A stretch of 64,000 nt of DNA from Candidatus Humimicrobiia bacterium. Its GTDB lineage: Bacteria > Actinomycetota > Humimicrobiia > JAHJRV01. Made by a program: the position numbers and the translations under genes. Below are positions 10,002 to 19,625 of this stretch, in pieces (the stretch's first letter is position 1; each line of letters starts with the position of its first letter). Below the pieces are notes generated by a model. That model worked only from the letters and a program-made list of their open reading frames with translations, was not told the origin of the DNA and made no database searches. The stretch covers positions 310,593 through 374,592 of the forward strand of contig JBARXA010000016.1 of assembly GCA_049647085.1 (NCBI GenBank), given 5' to 3'.

Positions 10002-10796
10002 TTATTCTTTAAGGAAAGACCAGATTCCATCTAAAATCCAATCAGGTTTTATTTCTGATTTACTTACTTCTTCCCTGCTAACTACTCCTGTAAGTACTAA
10101 TGCAGTAGAAATACCTGCTATTTTACCTGCTAAAATATCTGTTTCTAATCTATCTCCAATAATTAATGTTTGTTCTTTATTACCATTAAATTTGGAAATG
10201 GCAATTTCCATAATATAAATATTTGGTTTTCCAATAACTTTTGCTTTTACTTCAGATGCAGTCTCAATAGATGAAACTATTGCTCCTGCTCCTGGAATTT
10301 CTCCCTCTGGGGTTGGAAATGTAGCATCATAATTTGTAGCAATAAAAATTGCGCCATTTCTAATGGCAAAATTGGCAATTTTCATCATTTCATAATTAAA
10401 ATCTGGGTCTTTTCCTATAATAACAAAATCAGCTAAATGTGCATCCTTACCATCGATTAAATTCAACCCTATTTTTCTAATCTCATCCTTTAAAGCTCTG
10501 GCTCCAATAACATATACTTTTTTACCTTCGATATTGTAGTTTTCATAAAGGTATTTTGCTGTAGCTGTTGATGAGGTTATTATTTTGTCATTATCCACTA
10601 TTATATTCATAGACTTTAATTTCTTCCTATAACCTTTGCTATTTCTTCCAGAGTTATTGGTCAAAAAAATAAATTTTTTATCTCTTTTTTTTAACTCATC
10701 AATAAATTCCTTGGCTTTATGGATAGGTTCATCCTGAATATATATAACTCCATCTAAATCTATTATAAAATTTTGAAATTTTTCTATTAATTTCAT
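10002..10796 (-). CDS. HAD-superfamily hydrolase, subfamily IIA (NagD-like sugar phosphatase)
   Basis: IIDLDGVIY N-terminal HAD motif I, FLTNNS motif II, GDRLETDI motif IV. Confidence 0.7.
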   Translation of the reverse strand: MKLIEKFQNFIIDLDGVIYIQDEPIHKAKEFIDELKKRDKKFIFLTNNSGRNSKGYRKKLKSMNIIVDNDKIITSSTATAKYLYENYNIEGKKVYVIGARALKDEIRKIGLNLIDGKDAHLADFVIIGKDPDFNYEMMKIANFAIRNGAIFIATNYDATFPTPEGEIPGAGAIVSSIETASEVKAKVIGKPNIYIMEIAISKFNGNKEQTLIIGDRLETDILAGKIAGISTALVLTGVVSREEVSKSEIKPDWILDGIWSFLKE

Positions 10797-10818
10797 CTTT
10801 AATAATCCTTTTGTATCA

Positions 10819-11574
10819 TTACAGGTCAGATAGAAATTTTCTTTTTTTCTTCTTTCTATTTAGAAATTCATTAACTATATAACTGGCAACCATTGTTGGG
10901 GTTGTACCAGGACCAAATCCAGCATCATATCCTAATTCTTTTGCAAGAGCATTAGAAATTCTTGGACCACCACAAATTAAGATAATCCTGTCCCTTATAC
11001 CCTCTTCTTTAAGTAATTCCAGAAGTTTTGATAAATTATATATATGAATATTTTTTTGAGTGATAATCTGAGAAATCCCAACTACATCTGCTTTTATACC
11101 CAATGCTTTCTTTATAAGCTCCTCTGACGGAACCTGGGAGCCTAAATTGATTGCATTGAAGAAATTATAACTTTCCAGACCATGATCTCCTGCAAAACCT
11201 TTTGCACTTAAAATAGCGTCTAATCCAACTGTATGAGCATCAGATTCAATTGCAGCTCCTACTATAGTTATCTTTCTTCCTATTTCATTTTTAACAATTT
11301 TCTCCATCTCTTCATGACTTAATATTTTGTATTCTTTAGCTTTAATCTTTATTTGGTCTATTTCTATCTTATGTTTGCAACTTCCATATATAACAAAAAA
11401 AGTAAAATTGGGATCAAGACTTTCCTGCTTAACAATTTTTGGTTTTATTATCCCCATTTTCTCACAATATTGAGTAGCTATAGCTGTAGCTTTATTATCA
11501 TTCTTTATCGGAAGCGTAAAACTAATTTGGACCATTCCATCATTTAAGCTATCACCATATGGTTTTATCTCCAT
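10819..11574 (-). CDS. kamE: lysine 5,6-aminomutase beta subunit (B12-binding)
   Basis: 251 aa with cobalamin-binding DxHxxG motif (ESDAHTVGLD); translationally close to kamD. Confidence 0.7.
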   Translation of the reverse strand: MEIKPYGDSLNDGMVQISFTLPIKNDNKATAIATQYCEKMGIIKPKIVKQESLDPNFTFFVIYGSCKHKIEIDQIKIKAKEYKILSHEEMEKIVKNEIGRKITIVGAAIESDAHTVGLDAILSAKGFAGDHGLESYNFFNAINLGSQVPSEELIKKALGIKADVVGISQIITQKNIHIYNLSKLLELLKEEGIRDRIILICGGPRISNALAKELGYDAGFGPGTTPTMVASYIVNEFLNRKKKKRKFLSDL

Positions 11575-11603
11575 AACTGAATACCCCCGTATTTAATAGC
11601 AAA

Positions 11604-13145
11604 TTAAACATTATTAAGCTCTTTGAAGAAAGGATTAAAATAGTCATCTTTCTTTTCTATTACGCCATCTAATCCTCTCCCGGAATTTGTATCCCTTTTT
11701 ATATCTGCAAAAATACCCTTTTCTATTGCTTTAAAAAGTCCAATATCATCAATCTCTTCAAGAAGATTAACTGCATTTTTCAATACCTGATTTGCTCTTT
11801 TAGCAATCTTGCTATCTTTATTAAAACTTATTTGTTCACCAAGATTTTTAGCACAGTTAAAAATGTATTTTGCATTTTTTATACTAATAAATCTATCCTG
11901 TAAAAATGGTGTATGAATAGCTTCAGTAGGCATACCTAAAAGCTGAATTCCCTGATTAGTTAAAATACCTGTAAAATTGAACATTCCATCTAAAAGATTA
12001 GAGAAGAATATATCACCTGTTTTATAAACTGTTGGTGGCATATATTTTATTGGATAATCTGGAAACAAGTCTCTTACAAGTTGCGCATGAGCTATTTCAT
12101 AAATAAGAGAATCCTCTAAATGTGGATTTATCTGAAATGCATGACCTAATCCTATCTGCTCAGCTTTCAATCCAGAGAAAAGAGCGAATTGTTCATTTAT
12201 TAATTGTGATGCAATTACAGTATGAACAGCTTCTATTGCATCAGCTGTTGTCAAATAGTTGTCTTCACCTGTATTAATAATTATACCTGCAGCTGCATTA
12301 ATCATTCTTGAAAAATATTGGTCTATAAATGTTCTTTTTGTATTTATCCCTCTAAAAATGATTCCATATAGACTGTCATTTAGCATCATGTCTAATCTCT
12401 CAAATGCCCCCATCACTGCAATCTCTGGCATAGCTAACCCTGAACAATAATTTACCTGTCTTATATATCTTCCTACCTCATCAGAAACTTCATCAAGAGC
12501 TTTTCTCATTACCTTAAAGTTTGCTTGAGTTGCATATGTTCCACCATAACCAGTTGTTGTTACACCATATGGAACATAATCCAGTAAGCTCTGAGCTGTA
12601 GAGCGAATTACCGCTATAACATCAGCACCTTCTCTAACTGCTGCTTTTGCTTGAACTACATCCTCATATATATTTCCAGTGGCTACAATGACATACAACC
12701 AGGGCTTTGAAGGATCCCCTAACTTTTCAATTAGCTCATATCTCTCTTTCTTTCTTTTTTTAATAACTAAACAGGCATTTTTTACTAATTTATTAATTTC
12801 AGGAATTACCTTTTCCTTCTCAAGCTTTGGTACTTTTTTTAAGTCAATTTCTTTTTGTGAAATCATCTCAGATAATTTTTGAGCATTCACATCATAAAAA
12901 CACATAGCATTAACAAAGGGATATAATATTCCAGAGCCAAGTTCATCTCTGAAACTGTCCACTACCATGTTTGGTAATGGAACATTATCTTTATTAACTC
13001 CATCAACACCTAAAAGTCTAATTGTTGCTCTTTCAATTGTAGTTGTAGAATTTTTATCAATAAAATTCTGAACTTTAGAAGCTATTCTGTTTGCATAATC
13101 CCTGGCTTTTTTCACCATATCTTTGTCCAAAATTAATTTAGCCAA
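11604..13145 (-). CDS. kamD: lysine 5,6-aminomutase alpha subunit
   Basis: 513 aa, size and sequence character of KamD, paired with a B12-binding small subunit. Confidence 0.75.
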   Translation of the reverse strand: MAKLILDKDMVKKARDYANRIASKVQNFIDKNSTTTIERATIRLLGVDGVNKDNVPLPNMVVDSFRDELGSGILYPFVNAMCFYDVNAQKLSEMISQKEIDLKKVPKLEKEKVIPEINKLVKNACLVIKKRKKERYELIEKLGDPSKPWLYVIVATGNIYEDVVQAKAAVREGADVIAVIRSTAQSLLDYVPYGVTTTGYGGTYATQANFKVMRKALDEVSDEVGRYIRQVNYCSGLAMPEIAVMGAFERLDMMLNDSLYGIIFRGINTKRTFIDQYFSRMINAAAGIIINTGEDNYLTTADAIEAVHTVIASQLINEQFALFSGLKAEQIGLGHAFQINPHLEDSLIYEIAHAQLVRDLFPDYPIKYMPPTVYKTGDIFFSNLLDGMFNFTGILTNQGIQLLGMPTEAIHTPFLQDRFISIKNAKYIFNCAKNLGEQISFNKDSKIAKRANQVLKNAVNLLEEIDDIGLFKAIEKGIFADIKRDTNSGRGLDGVIEKKDDYFNPFFKELNNV

Positions 13146-13260
13146 TTTAAACTCCTGATTTATGATAGATATTGAATTTATAATTTAAACTTATGTAATT
13201 TTTATTTTAAAAGAATAACAATAGCATTGTTAAGAAAATAAAGAATATTTTGAGCAAAAA

Positions 13261-13334
<74 letters not shown>

Positions 13335-13574
13335 TTCAAAAATATCAACTTTTTTCATATATTAAAATTATTTTAACATTTTAATACTAAATTTGCTATT
13401 TTCATCTTTACTAAATGTAGTAATTTATTAGAAATGACCCTGTTTTAACCCAATTGAAATGATCTTTTTTGTTAACTGATTTGTATTAATTTTATTCTCT
13501 CCATTTGTGTAATTCCTACTTTTAATATTAATTAGCATATGTTTTTATTTTTTTTGTCTTATTGACCTTTTTAT

Positions 13575-14108
13575 TTATTTCTTTAAAGCAAAAGCAAAAA
13601 GTTCATAAAGATACCAAAAAAATGTTAAGATTCCGAATATTATAGTAAGCCAGAGAATCCTTAAATGGTAAGGTATTTGAAAAAAAATTGCCAGACAACT
13701 TAAATGAACAATCACAATCATTATCTTACCAGCAAAAAAAGATGGAACAAACCATTTTCTCTTATTTAAAATAAAAATCAAATTTAAAATAAAACCAAAA
13801 ACTAATATGAAAATAGCAATTTTATAAAGATTTAAAGGAAAGTCTAACTTAAAAGTCAAGTATGTAAATATTGAATATACAAGTAGAGCATCAGCAGGTG
13901 CTTCTAACTTTTTTCCAAGCTCAGTTTCCTGTTTAAGTAATCTTGCTGAAAAACCATCCAGTTTATCAGATAGAATCGATATAATATATATAATTCCAAC
14001 TAGCCATTTATTTATATCTATAAAGGTAAAAAGTAAAATTAAAACACTTCCTAAAAAACGGCTTAGAGTAATTAAATTTGGAATTTTTAAAATATCCTTT
14101 TTCCCCAA
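13575..14108 (-). CDS. CDP-alcohol phosphatidyltransferase family protein (PgsA-like)
   Basis: 177 aa membrane protein with the D-x2-DG-x2-AR...G-x3-D motif (SDKLDGFSARLL...GKKLEAPADAL). Confidence 0.75.
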   Translation of the reverse strand: MGKKDILKIPNLITLSRFLGSVLILLFTFIDINKWLVGIIYIISILSDKLDGFSARLLKQETELGKKLEAPADALLVYSIFTYLTFKLDFPLNLYKIAIFILVFGFILNLIFILNKRKWFVPSFFAGKIMIVIVHLSCLAIFFQIPYHLRILWLTIIFGILTFFWYLYELFAFALKK

Positions 14109-14250
14109 ATTACCCCCTAATAATTATTTAATTTTACAAAAATCAAATTCTTTACTTTTTAAATCACTCCCTTATAAGTTAAATTCTTAATAAACAAATA
14201 TTTGACGCATAAACTAAAGTGATGGATATATTATATTTATTTAATAAAAA

Positions 14251-14327
14251 TGGTGGGCGTTAGAAGATTTGAACCTCTGACCCCTTCCGTGTCAAGGAAG
14301 TGCTCTCCCCCTGAGCTAAACGCCCAC
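14251..14327 (-). tRNA. tRNA-Val (GAC)
   Basis: 77 nt: acceptor GUGGGCG, anticodon stem CUUCC/GGAAG with loop UUGACAC, CCA encoded. Confidence 0.9.
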
Positions 14328-14407
14328 TCACATTTCAAAATATTCTAACACCAATGTATAAGAAATTTCAACTAATATAACTGTCATTCTAAATTAATTT
14401 CTATTGT

Positions 14408-14444
14408 GTCATTCTGAATGAAGTGAAGCGAAATGAAGAACCTC
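14408..14444 (+). repeat. solitary unit of the GTCATT...ATCTC repeat family
   Basis: GTCATTCTGAATGAAGTGAAGCGAAATGAAGAACCTC, related to the units at 19535, 21696, 26865, 39670 and 43486. Confidence 0.5.
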
Positions 14445-14461
14445 AGTAAAAAATATTTTTG

Positions 14462-15406
14462 TTATTTTTTAAGAATTTGGTGGATGTCTTTTACTCCCCC
14501 TAAGCTTTTTGCTTCCTTAACAGCATTTCTAATAGCTCTTGCTGTAACTTCTGCTGCTGCTGTTCCTATAACAACTGTAGGAGCTTTCTTTTTGCCAACA
14601 GACAATACAAAGGTTGTATCTCCGTCATATTCAGTATGGACAGGCGAAATTGCTCTTGCAAAACCATCATGTGCCATCTGTGCAACTTCTGTTGCAGATA
14701 CTTTGTCAAGAGAAACATTTGTAGTTATTACAACAATAGTTGTGTTTTCGCCAAATTTTGATACTATTTCTTCTCCCTCTAATACAATAGACTTACTATT
14801 TAAAAAGCCTTTTTCTGGATGATAAGCACCTGCTAATATTGAACCATTTTCTTTTATTATATCCCCAAAAGAATTTACAACAGCTATTGCAAAGATTTCG
14901 ATACCACCTGATAAATTAAGTATAGCCTTTCCAACTCCGGATTTTATCATAAATGAATTTCCTAAAACTTTTCCTACAGTGGCACCAGTACCAGCTCCAA
15001 CACTTCCAACTTCAAATCCTGATGATGAGGCATTTTGACAGGCAAAATAACCCTCTTTTTTTCCAGGACGAACTTTTTTATTACCTATGTTTAGATCAAA
15101 TAATATAGCAGTTGGAACAATGGGAACTTTTCCATGAGTAGTTTCAAATCCAATATTCTTCTCTTCTAAATATTTCATAACTCCATCAGCAGTAGAGAGA
15201 CCAAAAGCACTCCCTCCAGAGATGCAAATAGCATTTATTTTTTCAATCATACATGTTGGTTTTAAAAGATCAGTTTCCCTTGTTCCTGGAGCTCCTCCTC
15301 TTACATCTACACCACAAACTGCACCTTCTTCTGGGGTTAAAATTACTGTACATCCTGTAATTGCATCCTCATCTGTGTAATGCCCAACTCTAACTTCTGA
15401 TAACAT
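14462..15406 (-). CDS. peptidase family S58 (DmpA/L-aminopeptidase-like, Ntn hydrolase)
   Basis: Start reassigned to MLSEVRVGHY, which has AGGAGGAG immediately upstream; the track ORF adds 53 unsupported N-terminal residues. Confidence 0.7.
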   Translation of the reverse strand: MLSEVRVGHYTDEDAITGCTVILTPEEGAVCGVDVRGGAPGTRETDLLKPTCMIEKINAICISGGSAFGLSTADGVMKYLEEKNIGFETTHGKVPIVPTAILFDLNIGNKKVRPGKKEGYFACQNASSSGFEVGSVGAGTGATVGKVLGNSFMIKSGVGKAILNLSGGIEIFAIAVVNSFGDIIKENGSILAGAYHPEKGFLNSKSIVLEGEEIVSKFGENTTIVVITTNVSLDKVSATEVAQMAHDGFARAISPVHTEYDGDTTFVLSVGKKKAPTVVIGTAAAEVTARAIRNAVKEAKSLGGVKDIHQILKK

Positions 15407-15664
15407 ACTCCTCCTTCTTATTACTTTCTTAAATATGTTTAATATGTTCCTTATTGATAAGAATTTTAATAAAGATTTAAGAAAATTTCTGAATATTAAT
15501 AAAAATGAATATTTGATTTTAAAAAAATCTAAAAATTTTATTATTGAATAATTATCTAAAGACACAACTATTCATACTCCGTCTTAGAGAGGAAGGGAAA
15601 CTATTTTCACTCCTCACAATAATAATTTATTAGCTCAATATCTATATAAATAATATTAAAAAAG

Positions 15665-16489
15665 TCATGGGAGTCTAAAATATCTGATTGTTATAAATGT
15701 TAGAGAAAAAAATAATACCGTAAAAATAAAAGAAGTAAAATCGAGAATTTTTAATTTTTTTGCAATTCTTCTTGTTCTACCTTTTCCTCCTCTATAACAT
15801 CTTGACTCCATTGCTAAAACTAAGTCTTCTGCTCTTCCATAAGCACTTATAAATAATGGAATTAATAAACCTGACAGTTTTATAGCCCTAACTATAAAAT
15901 TACCTCTATCTAAGTCAGCTCCTCTTGCTATTTGAGCTTTCATTAACCTTTCTAATTCCTCAACTAAAGTTGGAACAAATCTAAAAGCTATTACACCAAC
16001 CATAATAATTTCATGAGATGGAAACTTTATTTTTTGCAAGGGAAGAATCAGCCTTTCCATTGCATCAGTAAAACTTATCATCTCAGTTGTAAGGAAAAAG
16101 ATAGATGAAATAAAATATATTAATATCGCTTTAAGCATCATAAAACAAGAGACCTTAATACCTAAAACAGAAATCTTTATAAAATTCCATTGAAAAAGTA
16201 TTTTACCAGGTTCTCCTATGTAAAAAATAATTTGAAAAATCAAAATTAATAATATTATTGGAAGAACTGGTTTTAACCCTTTTAAAATATAAAAAAATGA
16301 GCTATTAGATAACTTTATAATAAGTAGCAAAAATAAACCTATAAAAACAGTACCAGAGAAAGTTCTTATAAATGATATAAAAATTATAATGACAATTAAT
16401 AATATTATTTTTATTCTGGGATCAATTTTATGAATTAAAGAATCTCCCTCTCTATAAAATCCAAAAATTGTGTTCTTATACAATTCCAA
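15665..16489 (-). CDS. ecfT: ECF transporter transmembrane component EcfT
   Basis: 274-aa polytopic membrane protein with the EcfT coupling motif (ARGADLD) following two ECF ATPase genes. Confidence 0.8.
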   Translation of the reverse strand: MELYKNTIFGFYREGDSLIHKIDPRIKIILLIVIIIFISFIRTFSGTVFIGLFLLLIIKLSNSSFFYILKGLKPVLPIILLILIFQIIFYIGEPGKILFQWNFIKISVLGIKVSCFMMLKAILIYFISSIFFLTTEMISFTDAMERLILPLQKIKFPSHEIIMVGVIAFRFVPTLVEELERLMKAQIARGADLDRGNFIVRAIKLSGLLIPLFISAYGRAEDLVLAMESRCYRGGKGRTRRIAKKLKILDFTSFIFTVLFFSLTFITIRYFRLP

Positions 16490-16528
16490 TTTTTATTCTC
16501 CAATATAAAAAATTATTTATTTTGATTA

Positions 16529-17413
16529 TTAATCAATTTCTTTCTCGCTATTTTTATTTTTAAATATCTCAAATAGTGATTCTTCAAGCTGATTAATATT
16601 AATTATCTTTTCATCTACATTGATTCCTGATTTAATTAATTCATCCACTACCTCAATTACTGAAGGTAGGGTTAAACCGTAACTTAATAACTTCTCTCTT
16701 TTTATAAAAATATTTTCTGGTATATCAATCATTTCAATTTTTCCATCAACAAGAACAATTACTCTGTCTGCAAGTTCTACAACATCATTCATATTGCTGG
16801 AAACAAAAATTGTAGTTAATCCTAATTTGTCATGTAAAAATTTAATGGAATTTAGAAAATCCACTCTCCCTTTAGGATCTAAGCCAGCTGTAGGGTCATC
16901 TAATATTAAAATTTCTGGATCAAGAGCTAAAATTCCAGCAATTGCTACTTTCTTCTTCTCTCCCCCACTTAAACTGAAAATATATCTATAAAAAAAATCA
17001 TTCGGGTCTAAGCCAATAGTCGCTAATGCTTTTTTAATAGTTATCTCTATCACTTTCTCAGGAAAATTCATATTTTTTAAGCCAAATGCAATGTCATCTG
17101 CAACAGTCTCTTTAAAAAGTTGGCTATCAGGATGTTGAAATAACATGGCTACTTTCCTTCTCAATTCTTTTAAATTCAATCTACTATCTTTTGTGTCCTG
17201 TTCATCTATTATTACTCTGCCCTTTTTGGGAATAAATATCGCATTAAAATACTGAAGTAATGTAGATTTTCCCGATTGAGTTGGGCCAACAATGGCTAAT
17301 TTCTCACCTTCATATACATCAAAACTTAAACTATGAAGAACCTCCTTTTCAAAAGGAGTTCCTTGCATATATGAATGAAATAGATTCTCAACTTTTATAA
17401 TTGCTTTAGACAA
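16529..17413 (-). CDS. ecfA2: ECF transporter ATPase EcfA2
   Basis: ABC ATPase with Walker A GPTQSGKST, signature LSGGEKKK, Walker B ILILDDPT. Confidence 0.85.
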   Translation of the reverse strand: MSKAIIKVENLFHSYMQGTPFEKEVLHSLSFDVYEGEKLAIVGPTQSGKSTLLQYFNAIFIPKKGRVIIDEQDTKDSRLNLKELRRKVAMLFQHPDSQLFKETVADDIAFGLKNMNFPEKVIEITIKKALATIGLDPNDFFYRYIFSLSGGEKKKVAIAGILALDPEILILDDPTAGLDPKGRVDFLNSIKFLHDKLGLTTIFVSSNMNDVVELADRVIVLVDGKIEMIDIPENIFIKREKLLSYGLTLPSVIEVVDELIKSGINVDEKIININQLEESLFEIFKNKNSEKEID

Positions 17414-18222
17414 TTTACAAGCTCCTGAGTAGTTATTATTTGTAATGGAATAGAAATCCCTCTTTTATTTAATCTGGAAGAGATATCCGGGATTATAGGA
17501 ACATCTAAAGAAAGGCTTCTTAATATTTTTAATTTAGAAAAAATCTTTTTTGGTGAATCATCCAATACTATTTTTCCTTCAGACATAACAATTGCTCTAT
17601 CAGATTTCAATACTTCTTCCATCAAATGGGTTATGTATATTATTGTGACTTCTCTTTTTTTTCTAAGATTTAGTATCACTTCGAAAACTTCCTTTTTTCC
17701 TAATGGATCAAGCATAGAAGTGGGCTCATCAAAAATGATATACTTAGTTCCCATTGCCAATACTCCTGCAATTGTAACTTTTTGCTTTAGACCTATGGAA
17801 AGCATATGAGGAGGGTAATCTTGATACTTGCTCAAACCCATAAGTTCAATAGATTTATCAACCCTATTTTCAATTTCTACTCTATTAATACCTAAATTTT
17901 CTGGTCCAAAAGATATATCACTTCTAACTGTTGAGCAGATTATTTGATTTTCTGGATTCTGAAAAACCATTCCCACCTTTTTTCTAATATCCCATAAATT
18001 TTCCTTATTTCGAGTATCGATCCCATCAATTAATACTGAACCCTTTGTGGGTATTAAAATAGCATTTAGATGTTTAGCCAAAGTTGTTTTTCCAGAACCA
18101 TTTTGTCCTATTATGCTAACAAGCTCACCTTCCTTTATGGAAAGTGATACTGCTGTTAATGCTTTTTTGGGATTCTCAGATTCCTTATGATAGGTAAAAT
18201 GAAGATTGTTGATTTTTATCAT
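17395..18222 (-). CDS. ecfA1: ECF transporter ATPase EcfA1
   Basis: ABC ATPase with Walker A GQNGSGKTT and Walker B IIFDEPTS; overlaps ecfA2 by 19 nt. Confidence 0.85.
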   Translation of the reverse strand: MIKINNLHFTYHKESENPKKALTAVSLSIKEGELVSIIGQNGSGKTTLAKHLNAILIPTKGSVLIDGIDTRNKENLWDIRKKVGMVFQNPENQIICSTVRSDISFGPENLGINRVEIENRVDKSIELMGLSKYQDYPPHMLSIGLKQKVTIAGVLAMGTKYIIFDEPTSMLDPLGKKEVFEVILNLRKKREVTIIYITHLMEEVLKSDRAIVMSEGKIVLDDSPKKIFSKLKILRSLSLDVPIIPDISSRLNKRGISIPLQIITTQELVNCLKQL

Positions 18223-18292
18223 ATTATTAAAAAATAGATAACATAAAAAATATTAATATATTTCCCTCTCATTGGAATGATAATATTATTTA

Positions 18293-18874
18293 TTATTCAG
18301 TAGATTTAGCCCTAACCCCACGAGCACCTCTATAGATATCAATTGCATTTCCTATAATGAGTGTTATAATAGCTGCAATAATCGCTTCTATTATAGCTTG
18401 TGGTAATACTGAAATTAGAAAAACCCAGAAATTGCCTTTTCCAGTTAAGTGAATCATGCCAAGTACAAAAAAGGTATTGGTAAGTGAACCCATTATACCT
18501 GCTAATACTAATGCTAAACTTTTATTTATTTTCTTTGTAGTTGCATATACTAAATATGCCACTAATCCAATAAATAATCTTGGTAAAATAGCTACGAATG
18601 GATCACTAAAATAAGGATTTGGAGAAATTGTTGTCGCTATATAAAAACTAGCAAACCCAAAGATTCCGCCAACCAATATTCCGACAATTGGACCTTCAAG
18701 TACACCACCTAATATAGCGGGTATGTGCATAATTGTAGCGTGACCAGAAATATTTGGTACAGGAATGAAGCCAATGGGTAATGAACCAAATATGGGCAAT
18801 CCAAGTAATATTGCTATTGCTCCTAAAATTCCTGCCATTACAATCTTTCTTACTGTTAACTTCAAAAAAATCAT
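18293..18874 (-). CDS. ECF transporter substrate-specific (S) component, substrate unknown
   Basis: About 190-aa, 5-6 TM, Gly-rich membrane protein immediately upstream of ecfA1-ecfA2-ecfT. Confidence 0.6.
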   Translation of the reverse strand: MIFLKLTVRKIVMAGILGAIAILLGLPIFGSLPIGFIPVPNISGHATIMHIPAILGGVLEGPIVGILVGGIFGFASFYIATTISPNPYFSDPFVAILPRLFIGLVAYLVYATTKKINKSLALVLAGIMGSLTNTFFVLGMIHLTGKGNFWVFLISVLPQAIIEAIIAAIITLIIGNAIDIYRGARGVRAKSTE

Positions 18875-19000
18875 CCTTTCTATTAAATATTTCTGAAAAT
18901 AATAATATTTTATATTAAACGAATCTAAAATGTAAAAACAACTTTATATTATCTTAATAATTACTTAAAATTTATACAAACCAACTAATAACATTTTTTA

Positions 19001-19032
19001 ATGAAAAAACAAAAGAGCGGAAAGAACCGCTC
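19001..19032 (-). terminator. intrinsic terminator
   Basis: Hairpin GAGCGG-loop-CCGCUC followed on the minus strand by UUUUGUUUUUUC. Confidence 0.6.
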
Positions 19033-19127
19033 AATCTAAATATATTTAAAATTATTTTCTTCCAATTTAAATGTATAATTAATCGACTTTAATAAATAGT
19101 TAATTAACTTTTTCTGAAGTAAAAATA

Positions 19128-19415
19128 TTATTTTTCTTCTCTATCTTCGTAAAAAGAGATTATTTTCTCAATTCTTCTCTTTTCTTCATCAGTAAATATT
19201 GAATCAAAATCAAAGTATTTTATTTTATCTTTATCCTGCAATATTTTTTTAACATGAACTATCATCATACCACTTGGAGTCCATTTGCTTTCAGATATTA
19301 AATTATCCTTATCTAAATCAAATTTCAATGTTTCATCAATTTTAAACAATTGTTCAATTAATTTCCTAAAGAGTTCTGTATTAAATTCTGGTTTGTTTTC
19401 GTTTTCTCTTTTCAT
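19128..19415 (-). CDS. hypothetical small acidic/basic protein
   Basis: 95-aa ORF with its own downstream terminator; no recognisable motif. Confidence 0.4.
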   Translation of the reverse strand: MKRENENKPEFNTELFRKLIEQLFKIDETLKFDLDKDNLISESKWTPSGMMIVHVKKILQDKDKIKYFDFDSIFTDEEKRRIEKIISFYEDREEK

Positions 19416-19502
19416 ATTAATTCCCTAACATATTATTATCAATAATAGTTTATCACATTATAATTCTTTTTAGAAATTTAATTAAAAGATATTTTTTTTC
19501 AT

Positions 19503-19559
19503 GAAATTGCGGAGCCTGTTCCGATAGAGATTGCTCTCGAGCGAAGTGAAGGGATTGAG
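19503..19559 (+). repeat. copy of the repeat-family 5' segment plus one unit
   Basis: GAAATTGCGGAGCCTGTTCCGATAGAGATTGC aligns with GAGATTGCACAGCCTGTTGTGGGATAGATTGC at 26773. Confidence 0.55.
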
Positions 19560-19625
19560 TATTAACCTAACTTTTTAACAATACATATTATTTTATTGTA
19601 CATTAGATTATTTAAAATCCCAGAT

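Noticed and set aside
14433-14822. 129-aa plus-strand ORF
   Set aside because: Antisense to the S58 peptidase gene and begins inside a repeat unit; Ala/Ser/Thr-rich composition typical of a shadow ORF.
18875-19000. Possible vitamin riboswitch upstream of the ECF S-component
   Set aside because: No conserved riboswitch core (TPP, THF, preQ1, cobalamin) recognisable by eye; cannot be excluded without covariance-model scans.
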